Source of the DNA: an uncultured Bacteroidia bacterium
GTDB taxonomy: Bacteria; Bacteroidota; Bacteroidia; Bacteroidales; Prolixibacteraceae
Direction: 5' to 3'
Length of the DNA stretch: 64,000 nt
Assembly (NCBI GenBank): GCA_903834845.1
Contig: CAILKW010000142.1
Location: forward strand, 18 to 64,017
The position numbers and the translations under genes are program-made. Below are positions 1 to 9,960 of the stretch, one piece after another. Each line of letters starts with the position of its first letter. Positions within the stretch are counted from its first letter, which is position 1. The notes under the pieces were generated by a model. The model was not told where the DNA came from, did no database searches, and saw nothing but the letters and a program-made list of their open reading frames with translations.

Positions 1-209
1 ATAAATACCCCATCGAGTTAAAAATAATGTATTCAAAATCGGTCGTGCAGGAAGGTTTGGTGCAGCTTGGCAATTATATGACCACCCTCGGTGAAAAAAC
101 AGGCTGGTTGGTTATCTTTGACAGGGGCAATAAAAGAAGTTGGGACAAGAAAATATTCTGGAAAACTGAAATATCGGGAGGGAAGGTAATAAATATAGTT
201 GGTTGCTAA
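1..209 (+). CDS. 3' end of a gene cut by the window edge; PD-(D/E)XK-like C-terminal module of the kind that ends AAA-ATPase-like proteins
   Basis: Frame is open from base 3. The translation ..KYPIELKIMYSKSVVQEGLVQLGNYM..GWLVIFDRGNKRSWDKKIF..KVINIVGC* has an E-x-K strand (PIELK) and the LVIFD..W..KIF tail I associate with that family. Assignment is from memory only. Confidence 0.35.
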   Translation, partial: KYPIELKIMYSKSVVQEGLVQLGNYMTTLGEKTGWLVIFDRGNKRSWDKKIFWKTEISGGKVINIVGC

Positions 210-510
210 TTAACAGTAAATCAACAAACCATAATTTTACAAATTTCTTTTTTGAACCTTTTTTCGTTTTTTCTTATGATTTTAGTGACAAAGTAGTTTT
301 TCTACTCATTATTTTATATTTTTGTCGGGTCAAAAAGACAGATTTCAGAGAAATCAAACCTGTTCAGACCTTAACAAAAATGGGACTGAAGGGGCGAAGC
401 AGTGTAAGAGCACCACAGACGCAGTTCGTAACACGCTAAATATCAATCAATAACAAATATGGAACAACTCAGAGAATATCAACACAGTAACAAGCACCAT
501 CGCTTAACTA

Positions 511-580
511 TGTCCACAGATTTCACAGATTTCCACAGATAAATAAAAAACTCTGTGTTCATCTGAGTAATCTGTGGACA
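511..580. repeat. Palindromic word-repeat element (CACAGAT family)
   Basis: Perfect 12-nt inverted repeat TGTCCACAGATT (511-522) / AATCTGTGGACA (569-580). It encloses tandem CACAGAT words and an A-run. Related copies lie at 11959-12022 and, in opposite orientation, at 63205-63286. Confidence 0.7.
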
Positions 581-623
581 AAATATTCAAACTAATCATT
601 TAGTAATTGATAATAATCCTTCC

Positions 624-1000
624 ATGAAACAATCTAACCAATCACAACCAAATCCGGATTACCTTGTGTTAGGTTCAGGTATCAATGGGTTAGCCAATAC
701 CAAAGAACTAAACAATAGATTTCCAGAGGCTAAAATTGCATTATTGGAAAAGTAACATGATGTGGCCGAGCTCAGTAGCTGGCGAAATAGCGGAGTTCTT
801 CATGCCGGTACTATGTATATAGCCGATTCTTGAAAGGCAAAATTAAGGAGAGTTGATAGGGAATATTGTAGTAAATCAGCCTGCAATAATGCATCAGGTC
901 ATTTATTTAACAAATAGCTAAGGCGGGTAACCAAGACCAGTAGATTTCAGCAGGTTATGCAGGGCATGAATTACAAATCCGTGCCAGCTGGTTTAAAACT
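624..1000 (+). pseudogene. Decayed 5' part of an FAD-dependent 2-hydroxyglutarate-oxidase-like gene (lhgO-like)
   Basis: ATG at 624 gives MKQSNQSQPNPDYLVLGSGINGLANTKELNNRFPEAKIALLEK* with a GxGxxG dinucleotide-binding start. After the stop the frame reads ..NSGVLHAGTMYIADS*KAKL. The gene is broken by stops and deletions. Confidence 0.5.
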
Positions 1001-1084
1001 CGGTTTTGATCATGGTAATAACAAATAGTTAAGCATAGTTTATTTGATTACTAATTGTGAAGAATCATCTTAATACTAAGAGAA

Positions 1085-1294
1085 ATGAATAAATATGAAA
1101 TTATTCTTTATTGGAGCCGTGAAGATGACAGGTTTATTGCCGAAGTGCCTGAATTACCCGGCTGTATGGCTGACGGTGAAAATCAGATAGAAGCTCTTAA
1201 AAACGCAAATTTGGTTATAGATGAATGGATTGAAACTGCTATCCACACAAAGCGAAATATACCTATACCAAAAGGTAGGCTTATGTTTGCTTAG
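1085..1294 (+). CDS. hicB: HicB-like antitoxin (UPF0150 fold), no adjacent HicA
   Basis: 69 aa. YEIILYWSREDDRFIAEVPELPGCMADGENQIEALKNANLVIDEWIE matches the HicB-like pattern (..vPeLPGC.a.G.t.eEAl.n). Confidence 0.75.
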   Translation: MNKYEIILYWSREDDRFIAEVPELPGCMADGENQIEALKNANLVIDEWIETAIHTKRNIPIPKGRLMFA

Positions 1295-1345
1295 GTATCA
1301 GATTTGGTTTGTGCAATAGATTTTATATCTATTTATAACAAAAAA

Positions 1346-1633
1346 ATGAGGTTAAACAATTCTATCATCAATTTCTTTAAACAGGCTTTTGAAAAAGAGA
1401 TTCCGGGAGCAAAAGTTTATCTGTTTGGGTCCAGAGCAAATGATTCTGCTTTTGGCGGAGATATTGATCTGATGGTACTTACGCAAAATCAAGTTGACAA
1501 AAGGTTATTCAGGGCGATACGGATTGAATTCTACAAAAAATTTGGATGGCAGAAAATCGATCTCGTAAATTTCACTTTTGACGACCATTCTATATTCAGG
1601 CAGCTGATAACAACCAATGCTGTTGAACTATGA
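1346..1633 (+). CDS. MNT-type nucleotidyltransferase (antitoxin partner of HEPN)
   Basis: NTase motif LFGSRANDSAFGGDIDLMVL (GS...DxD). Start chosen at ATG 1346 inside ORF 1304..1633. The stop overlaps the next ATG (ATGA at 1630-1633). Confidence 0.8.
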   Translation: MRLNNSIINFFKQAFEKEIPGAKVYLFGSRANDSAFGGDIDLMVLTQNQVDKRLFRAIRIEFYKKFGWQKIDLVNFTFDDHSIFRQLITTNAVEL

Positions 1634-2094
1634 CAAATAACAAAGACCAACTTCTCCTCCTAATGCTTCAATCCGAATGGGTACTGCTTCAGGCATCACT
1701 GAAAACCCTTATTCAATCTGTTATAAAATGTAAAGCAATCGGAATAAAATCTGAATATTCTTTCGAAGAATAAGAGTCCGTTGATTCGCTTACATCAAAA
1801 TTTAACAGAACTTCGGACCTGTTTACCCAAAAAATAATCCGTACAACATGGATGTTGCTTCACGAACCGTTCGTGCCGTTTATTGATATGATGAATGGAG
1901 GAGAGAAAAATGGAATACTGCGTTCTTCTGATCAAATGATCGGAATTAGAGATATGCGTAATCAAATTGCCCACGAATACATTCCAGAAGTAATCCGTGA
2001 CCTTGTTCCAGAAGTGATTGAACTTACCAATCAATTATCAGAAAATATAACTTGTTGTCGTGATTTTCTGGAAGAAAGGAAATGGATAGATTGA
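1630..2094 (+). pseudogene. HEPN (DUF86/HepT-like) toxin gene interrupted by one in-frame TAA
   Basis: ATG at 1630 is translationally coupled to the MNT gene. The frame is open to 2094 except for TAA at 1771-1773. The C-terminal part carries the R-x4-H HEPN motif (RNQIAHEY). Confidence 0.7.
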
Positions 2095-2131
2095 ATTTAT
2101 TGATATAGGAAAATACACGCAATTTATTACC

Positions 2132-2479
2132 ATGCAAGTTCAGTACAGTCAAATAAAATCATATTTACATGGGAGGCAGACCATGCAAACTGAACAATAT
2201 GAGGAAATTCGTTTATCCGAATTGAATAATACTATTGAGATACTTCGAAAATATTTTACGAATAAAGTGGGTAAAGTATATATTTTTGGCTCAATTTGTC
2301 ATAAAGGCTGTTTCCTTAGCAATTCGGATATAGATATTGCTGTTGGTAATTTTCAGGGAAATAGAATTGATTTATATTGCGAGCTTTCAATACTATTCAA
2401 ACGTGAAATAGATTTGGTCTTTCTGGAAAAAACCAATATTAAAGACTATATTTTAAATGATAGCATTCAGATTATTTAA
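2132..2479 (+). CDS. MNT-type nucleotidyltransferase (second pair)
   Basis: IFGSICHKGCFLSNSDIDIAV NTase motif. Lies 2 nt upstream of a HEPN-like ORF. Confidence 0.75.
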   Translation: MQVQYSQIKSYLHGRQTMQTEQYEEIRLSELNNTIEILRKYFTNKVGKVYIFGSICHKGCFLSNSDIDIAVGNFQGNRIDLYCELSILFKREIDLVFLEKTNIKDYILNDSIQII

Positions 2480-2481
2480 TA

Positions 2482-2949
2482 ATGGAAAAAATAAAAATAC
2501 TTGTCGCATTTATTAGCAGGCAACTAAGGACAATTGAAAATCTAAAAGCCGCCATACTAAATCTCGATTTAAACGATTACAACCAACAATATGTATTTGC
2601 GTTGAAAACGCAACAACTCTATACCGCTGTTGAAGATTTGCTTAAATCTATTGCTGTTACATTTGAAAATAATATTGATTCGGCACAGAGTTATCATATT
2701 GAACTACTTAATCGAATGAAATTAGATATAAAAAACATTCGGCCTGCCGTTATATCCGATGATTCTTTTAAAATACTAAATAAACTCAGAGCTTTTCGTC
2801 ATTTTGTACGTCATGCTTACGATTATGAATTAGATAAGGACGAATTATTGCTCTTGCAAAAAAAGATGGGTGAGTCTTTTAAACACGTGAACAACGATAT
2901 TGGTATTTTTCTAAATTTTCTGGACGAACTATTAAAAACAGACATTTAA
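2482..2949 (+). CDS. HEPN-domain protein (HepT-like toxin candidate)
   Basis: 155 aa helical protein with R-x4-H in LRAFRHFVRHAYD. Paired with the preceding NTase. Confidence 0.65.
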   Translation: MEKIKILVAFISRQLRTIENLKAAILNLDLNDYNQQYVFALKTQQLYTAVEDLLKSIAVTFENNIDSAQSYHIELLNRMKLDIKNIRPAVISDDSFKILNKLRAFRHFVRHAYDYELDKDELLLLQKKMGESFKHVNNDIGIFLNFLDELLKTDI

Positions 2950-3049
2950 AGAGCGTTTTGCAAAAAAACGTCCTGTTATAAATTAGTAGGAAAGATCATG
3001 TTTACATTATAGTAAAAGCCGCGGTAAATCACAATAGCAACATTGAACT

Positions 3050-3195
3050 ATCAAAACGATAGGTAGCACAACCCAATCTGAATTACCTTGTGATAGGTAT
3101 CGGTGTTATTGGACTATCCATTGCCAGATAACTAAACAATAGATTTCCTGAGGCTAAAATTTCATTATTGAAAAAGTAACATGATGTGGCATAAT
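3050..3195 (+). pseudogene. Second copy of the decayed lhgO-like 5' fragment
   Basis: Aligns by eye to about 640-790, including the same premature-stop context (..GAAAAAGTAACATGATGTGGC vs ..GGAAAAGTAACATGATGTGGC). It is a direct repeat flanking the 1085-2949 TA patch. Confidence 0.6.
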
Positions 3196-3580
3196 AGAAA
3201 ATGGAAAAAGTAATCACTCAAAAAAAAAGTAACCCTGCATTCAATGCGATAATTCTTTTAGCTAACTTGGATGAATTAAGAAAACAAGCACGGCAAAAGA
3301 TCGCGTAATATTTGACAGTTGTGTTTTGATAAAAGCATTCAGGAGAGATGCTGCTGCAAAAAGCAATCTGAAAGTAATAATCCATCGTACAGCATATTCA
3401 GTAAATTGATTCAGTACCATATTCCCTGATTGCAGCAACCTCAATAATAACTAATTACCCTTTAATGACTTATAACAAAAAAAAATTTGAATTTATTGAA
3501 AGAATGATTTTTTACAAATAAGTGAGATTTTACAATAAAAATAACTCCATGTATCTCTGTGATAGTATAATCTGTGTTAA

Positions 3581-3745
3581 TATTTGACGTTTATAAATAT
3601 GTTTTAGATATAGTTAATTTATAACACTTTTTTACCATATTGGAGCATCATTAAAAGATTTGGGCAAAAAATGGTTCGCCTTCTCTAAAATCAACCTTGA
3701 TGTTGCAGAAATGTTAGCTAAATTGGAAAAGCCAAAATTATTTCA
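3581..3745 (+). pseudogene. ORF6N-family 3' remnant A (internally deleted)
   Basis: Matches the intact gene at about 6471-6505 and then 6728-6830 (..YHIGASLKDLGKKWFAFSKINLDVAEM.AKLEK). Shares the junction GTTAATTTATAACACTT with remnant B. Confidence 0.75.
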
Positions 3746-4044
3746 AAGACTTAATTATTAATAAATTAGGAAATTATAATCCTTGTGCAAGGTTGAAGTT
3801 ACAAATATCGGAGATTAAAATTCAATTACAAATAAAATAGTTTTGAAATTGAAATTTTCTTTATGCCTTTGTGCTTTTTAGATATTCCAGCGACCCAAAC
3901 AAATGGAATCCATAAGCCGTCCGGAATATAAACTTGATTACATTTTTCTTAAAAGTCTTCTCATAAACAAGTATAATCGTTGGCAGTTTTCAAAATAGGG
4001 TTTAATACCAGATTGCCGAGGAATATTATCGCAGACTTTATCAA

Positions 4045-5436
4045 ATGAAATCAGAACAAATCCAACAACTTATCAAGCAGGGAGAAGGTTTATCTGTTGA
4101 GTTTAAAAAAGCCAAAGATGAGCTTCCTTTAAATTTGTTTGAGACTGTGTGTGCATTTCTTAACAGAAATGGAGGTACCATCCTACTTGGCGTAAAAGAT
4201 GATATAACAATAGAAGGTGTAAACCCTCAAAAAGCAGATACTTTTTGCAAAAATATCGCAAATTTAAGTAACAATCCTCAAAAACTATTTCCCACATTTT
4301 TATTGGATGCCAGCATTGTTGAATATAATGGAAAAACTTTAATTTATATTTTAGTTCCCATCTCTTCGCAGGTGCATAAATGTAATAATAATATTTACGA
4401 CAGAAGTTCTGATGGAGATTTTGAAATATCATCAAGCGAACAGATCAAAAACCTTTACATTCGTAAGAGTACCTTGTATTCGGAAAACACTATCTACCCA
4501 TATTTATATGAATCTGATTTTGATAAAGGTATTGTTGAAAGAGTAAGAAAAATAATTAAGGTTCAGCGTCCCGAACATCCATGGAATGAACTTAATAATG
4601 ACGAATTTTTTAAAACCTCAGGTCTGTATCGAAAAGATTTCGCATCTGGATTAGAGGGATTTACTATGTCTGCACTATTACTTTTCGGAAAACCAGAAAC
4701 CATAAGTAGTGCTTTACCTCACTTTAAAATTGATGCTTTGCTAAGAGTTAAAGATATTGAGAGTTATGATGATCGCGAAAATATCCGTTGTAATTTAATT
4801 GATGCCCATGACAAACTAATGCAATTTGTTGCAAAGCATTTGCCAGACAAGTACTATCTCGAAGGCACACAACGAATTTCGCTAAGAGATACCATATTTA
4901 GAGAAATAGTAACAAATTTGTTAATCCATCGCGAATACACAAATGCATTCCCCACTACATTTATCATATATCTCGATCGTTTAATAGTTAAAAATGCAAA
5001 CAGGCCACATACTTATGGTCAATTGTTGCCAACAAAGTTTGAGCCGTTTCCAAAAAATCCTCATATTGCTCAGATTTTCACTCAAATGGGAAAATCGGAA
5101 GAGCTTGGAACAGGTATAAGAAAGGTGTACAAATATTCCAAGGCATATTCGGGAAGTGATGAAATTTTGTTTGAAGAAAATGATGTGTTTATAACTGTAG
5201 TGCCTCTCAATAATATTTCTCATTTTGATAATGTTACTGATAATGTTACTGATAAAAGATTACAAACCATATTAAATGAACTATCATTAAACTCGCAAAT
5301 CTCTTATGAACAACTTAGTAAAATTTTGGGTGTTGTTAGAATGACAATATATAGAGATATAGAAAAACTTAAAAAAGAAGGGAAAGTGAAACGAATAGGA
5401 TCAGCTAAAGCTGGCCATTGGTACGTAGTTGAATAG
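4045..5436 (+). CDS. AlbA_2 (Schlafen-type) domain / ATPase-like / wHTH protein, putative regulator or sensor
   Basis: N-terminal LSVEFKKAK ... AFLNRNGGTILLGVKDD (AlbA_2 signature). C-terminal wHTH-like MTIYRDIEKLKKEGKVKRIG. 463 aa. Confidence 0.7.
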   Translation: MKSEQIQQLIKQGEGLSVEFKKAKDELPLNLFETVCAFLNRNGGTILLGVKDDITIEGVNPQKADTFCKNIANLSNNPQKLFPTFLLDASIVEYNGKTLIYILVPISSQVHKCNNNIYDRSSDGDFEISSSEQIKNLYIRKSTLYSENTIYPYLYESDFDKGIVERVRKIIKVQRPEHPWNELNNDEFFKTSGLYRKDFASGLEGFTMSALLLFGKPETISSALPHFKIDALLRVKDIESYDDRENIRCNLIDAHDKLMQFVAKHLPDKYYLEGTQRISLRDTIFREIVTNLLIHREYTNAFPTTFIIYLDRLIVKNANRPHTYGQLLPTKFEPFPKNPHIAQIFTQMGKSEELGTGIRKVYKYSKAYSGSDEILFEENDVFITVVPLNNISHFDNVTDNVTDKRLQTILNELSLNSQISYEQLSKILGVVRMTIYRDIEKLKKEGKVKRIGSAKAGHWYVVE

Positions 5437-5502
5437 TCAGGATAATTTCAGGAATACTATCCTATAAAATATATAGACTTAAAAACAAATTTACCCCGTA
5501 AT

Positions 5503-5765
5503 GAAGGCATTTTTAATGATGGACAAATATTTGACGCTTATAAATATGTTTTAGATATAGTTAATTTATAACACTTTAATGCACAACATCCTAAATCGAG
5601 GTAAAAGTGTTTTCAAAATCGCACGATAGGTTTTTGATTATTGACAATAAAACAGTTTACCATATTGGAGCATCGTTAAAAGATTTGGGCAAAAAATGGT
5701 TCGCCTTCTCTAAAATCAACCTTGATGTTGCAGAAATGATAGCTAAATTGGAAAAGCAAAAATAA
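5503..5765 (+). pseudogene. ORF6N-family 3' remnant B
   Basis: Aligns to the intact gene from about 6445 to its stop, with an internal deletion (about 6505-6640). Ends ..AKLEKQK* like the intact copy. Confidence 0.8.
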
Positions 5766-5949
5766 CAAAAACACAACACCAATCTAAGAAAGCAAATCAG
5801 CTATAATATACAATTTTGTTATTAGAAGGCAATGGAAACTCAATTGAGTATTTCAGCAAAATGGAAAAAGAAACGCAATAATATATCTCTGGAACTGAAT
5901 GGGAGCTATCTCAAGTTTAGTTATATTTCTAATGTTTACTGTTCTTTAG

Positions 5950-6837
5950 ATGAAAGACTTACAGTTATACGATAATATTAAACGTAAAATTATCACGTTG
6001 CGCGGCACTGAAACAATTTTAGATAGAGATTTATCAGTAATGTATGGGGTTGAGACACGCGCATTAAAACAAGCAGTAAAGAGAAATATTACTCGCTTTC
6101 CGGATGACTTTATGTTTGAACTTAGAACAGATGAAATTGATTTTTTGGTATCACAATCTGTGATACCATCGAAGAGTTATTTTGGAGGTTCAAAACCTTA
6201 TGCTTTTACTGAACAGGGTGTTGCAATGCTTTCTTCAGTGTTAAATTCACAAACAGCTATTCAGGTTAGTATCCAAATAATGAAAGCTTTTGTGTTTGTG
6301 AGGTCTATCCTCAATGTAAATTACAATTTTTTCAAACAATTATCTAACTTAGAACAGAGACATACTGACCTTGAAATAAGCACTAACATTCGGTTTGACG
6401 AAGTTTTTAAGGCCATTTCTTCAAAAAAAAATTTGGCTGATCAAGGCATTTTTTACGATGGACAAATATTTGACGCTTATAAATTTGTTTCAGATATAGT
6501 TAAATCAGCAAATAGCACTATTGACTTGATTGACAATTATATAGACGAAAGTGTATTAACCTTACTTTCAAAAAGAAATATAACTGTAAAAGCGACCATT
6601 TATACCAATAAAATATCGAAGCAATTAACCTTAGATTTAGAACGCTTTAATGCTCAATACCCGAAAATCGAGGTAAAAGTGTTTTCCAAATCGCACGATA
6701 GGTTTTTGATTATTGACAATAAAACAGTTTACCATATTGGAGCATCATTAAAAGATTTAGGCAGAAAATGGTTCGCCTTCGCTAAAATCAACCTCGATGT
6801 TGCAGAAATGTCGGCTAAATTGGAAAGGCAAAAATAA
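5950..6837 (+). CDS. ORF6N (KilA-N related) DNA-binding domain protein, intact copy
   Basis: ITLRGTETILDRDLSVMYGVETRALKQAVKRNITRFPDDFMFEL...YAFTEQGVAMLSSVLNSQTAIQVSIQIMKAF is the classic ORF6N signature. The C-terminal half has HDRFLIIDNKTVYHIGASLKDLG. Confidence 0.8.
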   Translation: MKDLQLYDNIKRKIITLRGTETILDRDLSVMYGVETRALKQAVKRNITRFPDDFMFELRTDEIDFLVSQSVIPSKSYFGGSKPYAFTEQGVAMLSSVLNSQTAIQVSIQIMKAFVFVRSILNVNYNFFKQLSNLEQRHTDLEISTNIRFDEVFKAISSKKNLADQGIFYDGQIFDAYKFVSDIVKSANSTIDLIDNYIDESVLTLLSKRNITVKATIYTNKISKQLTLDLERFNAQYPKIEVKVFSKSHDRFLIIDNKTVYHIGASLKDLGRKWFAFAKINLDVAEMSAKLERQK

Positions 6838-6889
6838 CAAAAACACAGAACCCGTCAATGAAATAAATCCGGCTATGATACCTAAATTT

Positions 6890-7330
6890 GCAAGCAATAT
6901 GGTGAAATTACCAGCATATCCGACCATACAATGGATATTACTGTACCCGTAGCTTCCACGGTATATGGCTCAATGTTAATTGAAAAATACTTTACAACAG
7001 ATTGCACCATTTGTGGTACTGATTCATTTTTATTATCAAAATGACCAAGAATTTACAGACATGGTAAAGGCAGTCCTTGAAACAGAGGTAGCAATTGCAA
7101 AAATAGACAGTACGCTTACGGACAGAATGTTGAAAAGCTTTAAGTTTTCGCGATCGCTTTGTGTAGTTCATGAAATAAGTCAGGGAAGTTATCACTGAAA
7201 AGAATGTAAGAATCAATAGGTCAAGTTAAGGGAAGCATCAATAGTATTTTCCAAAGGTACTGGAGAAAATCGTAAGAGGATATGGAAAGAGGTACTCCAT
7301 TGAGAGATAGTGATATAAATTGCCCATAGA
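6890..7330 (+). pseudogene. Remnant of the 3' half of a pseI/neuB-type synthase gene
   Basis: Aligns by eye to 44915-45340 of the intact pseI: ..SDHTMDITVPVAS..IEKYF.. then MVKAVLETEVAIAKIDSTLTDRMLKSFKFSRSLCVV. It has several stops and frame changes. Confidence 0.65.
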
Positions 7331-7454
7331 GAAGAATTTGATTCTTTCATTTGCCAAGAATTTTAGGCAACTTCATTTAATTCCAAATCGTTGTTCCGAT
7401 TGATCCCCACTAAAAGATGAAACCATCACTAATAAATTAACATAAATAAATATC

Positions 7455-7664
7455 ATGACACTGACATTGGTAATTAAAAAAGGTAAAAATGGATACCTGA
7501 TTGGGCAGTTAAAAGAATTACCGGAAGTTTTTACGCAAGGACTTTCAGTTGAAGAGGTAAAAGAGAACATAGTTGATTCGTTAGAAATGTACCTCGAAGA
7601 TATGCGTGAGAAATATCAACCCGAAGGGGAAATGATACAGGAAAAGGAATTAATCTTCGCGTAA
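7455..7664 (+). CDS. hicB: HicB-family antitoxin
   Basis: 69 aa, LIGQLKELPEVFTQGLSVEEVKENIVDSLEMYLED. Lies 3 nt upstream of a HicA-like ORF. Confidence 0.7.
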   Translation: MTLTLVIKKGKNGYLIGQLKELPEVFTQGLSVEEVKENIVDSLEMYLEDMREKYQPEGEMIQEKELIFA

Positions 7665-7667
7665 TTC

Positions 7668-7856
7668 ATGAAGAGGAACAAATTTATCCAATATCTGAAT
7701 GAACATAACTGTGGTTTCATAAACCATGGAAGTAAACACGATAAATATATGAATCATGTCAACGGCAAAAGAACAAATATTCCGCGTCATCCCGACATTG
7801 ATGATGATCTTTGCCGGTTGATATGCAAACAACTAGAAATTCCTAAGCTGAAGTGA
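7668..7856 (+). CDS. hicA: HicA-family mRNA interferase toxin
   Basis: 62 aa, FINHGSKHDKYMNHVNGKRTNIPRHPDIDDDLCRLICKQLEIP matches the HicA pattern (GSKH...IPRH..i...l...I.kqL.I). Confidence 0.8.
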   Translation: MKRNKFIQYLNEHNCGFINHGSKHDKYMNHVNGKRTNIPRHPDIDDDLCRLICKQLEIPKLK

Positions 7857-8074
7857 CGAAAAACATCATTAAATACCTGCAAACTTTATCAACTTCATAG
7901 TTGAGCATTATTTAACTCTTCAAGAGTTTTTTCTTCTTTATTTACTCTTTCTCAAAAAAAAAATTCGTTTATACACAGTTTTCTCCTTTGGAGAAAAAAA
8001 CTTGAAAGGATTTCATAAGTAACTTAAATACAATTATGAGAGCATGTATTTTTTAACCAATATAATGCCAAATA

Positions 8075-8274
8075 ACCTTAGATTTAGAACGCTTTAATGC
8101 TCAATACCCGAAAATTGAGGTAAAAGTGTTTTCCAAATCGCATGATAGGTTTTTGATTATTGACAATAAAACAGTTTACCATATTGGAGCATCATTAAAA
8201 GATTTAGGCAAAAAATGGTTTGCACTCTCGAAAATCAACCTTGATGCCGCTGAGATGATAGCTAAATTAGAATA
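8075..8274 (+). pseudogene. ORF6N-family 3' remnant C
   Basis: Aligns to 6625-6837 of the intact gene (LDLERFNAQYPKIEVKVFSKSHDRFLIIDNKTVYHIGASLKDLGKKWFALSKINLDAAEMIAKLE*). It has no 5' part. Confidence 0.8.
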
Positions 8275-8345
8275 AAAACAAAAGATATTTAAAAAGGAAC
8301 ACCGATTTTGTCTAAACTAATCAAATAGATTTTTCAATTACCAAA

Positions 8346-9905
8346 ATGCAAACAATTATAAAACGCTTACCAATAGCTAAAACAGAAATTAAAGAATTAA
8401 TAGAAGGCAATTTTTGTTATGTTGATAAAACAAAATTTATAAAAGATTTGCTCGATGACGGTCATGGATATTACTTTTTATCTCGTCCACGTCGCTTTGG
8501 AAAATCTTTATTAATTGATACTATACGTGCCGCTTTTGAAGCTGAAAAAGAAATTTTCAATGGACTGTATATAGAAAATAATTGGGACTGGTCAATAAAA
8601 TATCCGGTTATTACGATTAGTTTTGGTGCCGGAACAGTTGACACTAATGATCAACTTGAAATACGACTAAATGAATTATTAAATAGAAATATTGATAATA
8701 ATAAAATAGAAATTAAAAATGTCTCTATTCCCGGCAGATTTGAAGAACTCATAAAAAAACTCTTCGATAAATTCAATTTGCCGGTAGTAATATTGATTGA
8801 CGAATACGACAAACCTATTCTTGATAATATCACCAATGAAAATGCAAATAAAATAAAAGAAGGACTAAGCAGTTTCTATTCTGTTTTAAAAGATGCAAGC
8901 AAATATCTTAAATTTGTTTTTTTAACAGGAGTTTCAAAATTCAGTAAAACAAACATTTTCAGCAAATTAAATAATATAACTGACATTTCGCTTGTTCCAA
9001 AATATGCAGATATTTGTGGTTATACACAAACCGACTTAGAAACTACCTTTGCGGATTATTTATACAATGTGGACTTGGAAAAAGTAAAAAATTGGTATGA
9101 TGGGTATAATTTTTTAGGAAGTAATTTATATAATCCGTATGACGTTTTATTGTTTTTGTGGGAAAAAAGATACCGTTGTTTTTGGTTCGAAACAGGTACA
9201 CCAACTTTTTTACTTGAACTTATAAAAAAACGAAATTACTATGTTCCCAATTTAGAAAGAATTCAAATCTCGGAATTTGAAATGGGTGAATTTGATATTA
9301 ACAATATTAAATTAGAGATCCTATTATATCAAACGGGCTATCTGACCATTGAGAAATTGGAAGAAATAAACGAAAACTATATTTATACCTTAAAAATACC
9401 CAATAAAGAAGTTAGAAAAGGACTTAACGAATATTTATTAACTGCTTTTTATGCTTCAGGAGTTAATGCTTACGAACGCACAAATGTTTCATTAATATTG
9501 AGCAAGGCATTAAACCAACATAATTTGGACGACCTAAAACTTGCATTTACAACTCTTTTTGCCGGAATACCAAATAATTGGTACACAAACAATAATATTG
9601 CTCAATACGAAGGCTTTTATTGCTCTTTATTTTATGCTTTTTTTGCTGCACTTGGTGTGGAGATAAAAAGCGAAGACACCACAAATAAGGGACGCATAGA
9701 TTTTACGATAATAACACAAACAGCTATATTTATTTTCGAAATAAAAATGAAACACATAAATAAAAAAGCTCTTGCACAAATAAGAGAACGGCAATACCAT
9801 CAAAAATATTTATCTGAAAAAAAAGATATTTATCTGATAGGTTTAGAATTTGACGAAACGGATAAAAATATTTCTACTTTTGAATATGAGAAGGTCATAG
9901 TATAA
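8346..9905 (+). CDS. AAA-ATPase-like protein with C-terminal PD-(D/E)XK (PDDEXK_9-type) domain
   Basis: N-terminus FCYVDKTKFIKDLL..YYFLSRPRRFGKSLLIDTI is the AAA-ATPase_like signature. C-terminus GRIDFTII..IFIFEIKMK gives D...E-x-K. Confidence 0.8.
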   Translation: MQTIIKRLPIAKTEIKELIEGNFCYVDKTKFIKDLLDDGHGYYFLSRPRRFGKSLLIDTIRAAFEAEKEIFNGLYIENNWDWSIKYPVITISFGAGTVDTNDQLEIRLNELLNRNIDNNKIEIKNVSIPGRFEELIKKLFDKFNLPVVILIDEYDKPILDNITNENANKIKEGLSSFYSVLKDASKYLKFVFLTGVSKFSKTNIFSKLNNITDISLVPKYADICGYTQTDLETTFADYLYNVDLEKVKNWYDGYNFLGSNLYNPYDVLLFLWEKRYRCFWFETGTPTFLLELIKKRNYYVPNLERIQISEFEMGEFDINNIKLEILLYQTGYLTIEKLEEINENYIYTLKIPNKEVRKGLNEYLLTAFYASGVNAYERTNVSLILSKALNQHNLDDLKLAFTTLFAGIPNNWYTNNNIAQYEGFYCSLFYAFFAALGVEIKSEDTTNKGRIDFTIITQTAIFIFEIKMKHINKKALAQIRERQYHQKYLSEKKDIYLIGLEFDETDKNISTFEYEKVIV

Positions 9906-9960
9906 AATATATAACAATATATTTCGATTTGGAAAGTGTAATAACTTTTTCGTTAGCATA

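Noticed and set aside
203-439. 78-aa ORF after the first gene
   Set aside because: Phe/Leu-rich translation of an AT-rich spacer that leads into the word-repeat element. No motif and no plausible start context.
3262-3444. Minus-strand 60-aa ORF in the gap after the second lhgO-like fragment
   Set aside because: It would be the only minus-strand gene in 64 kb. It has no recognisable motif and lies in decayed, repeat-rich sequence.
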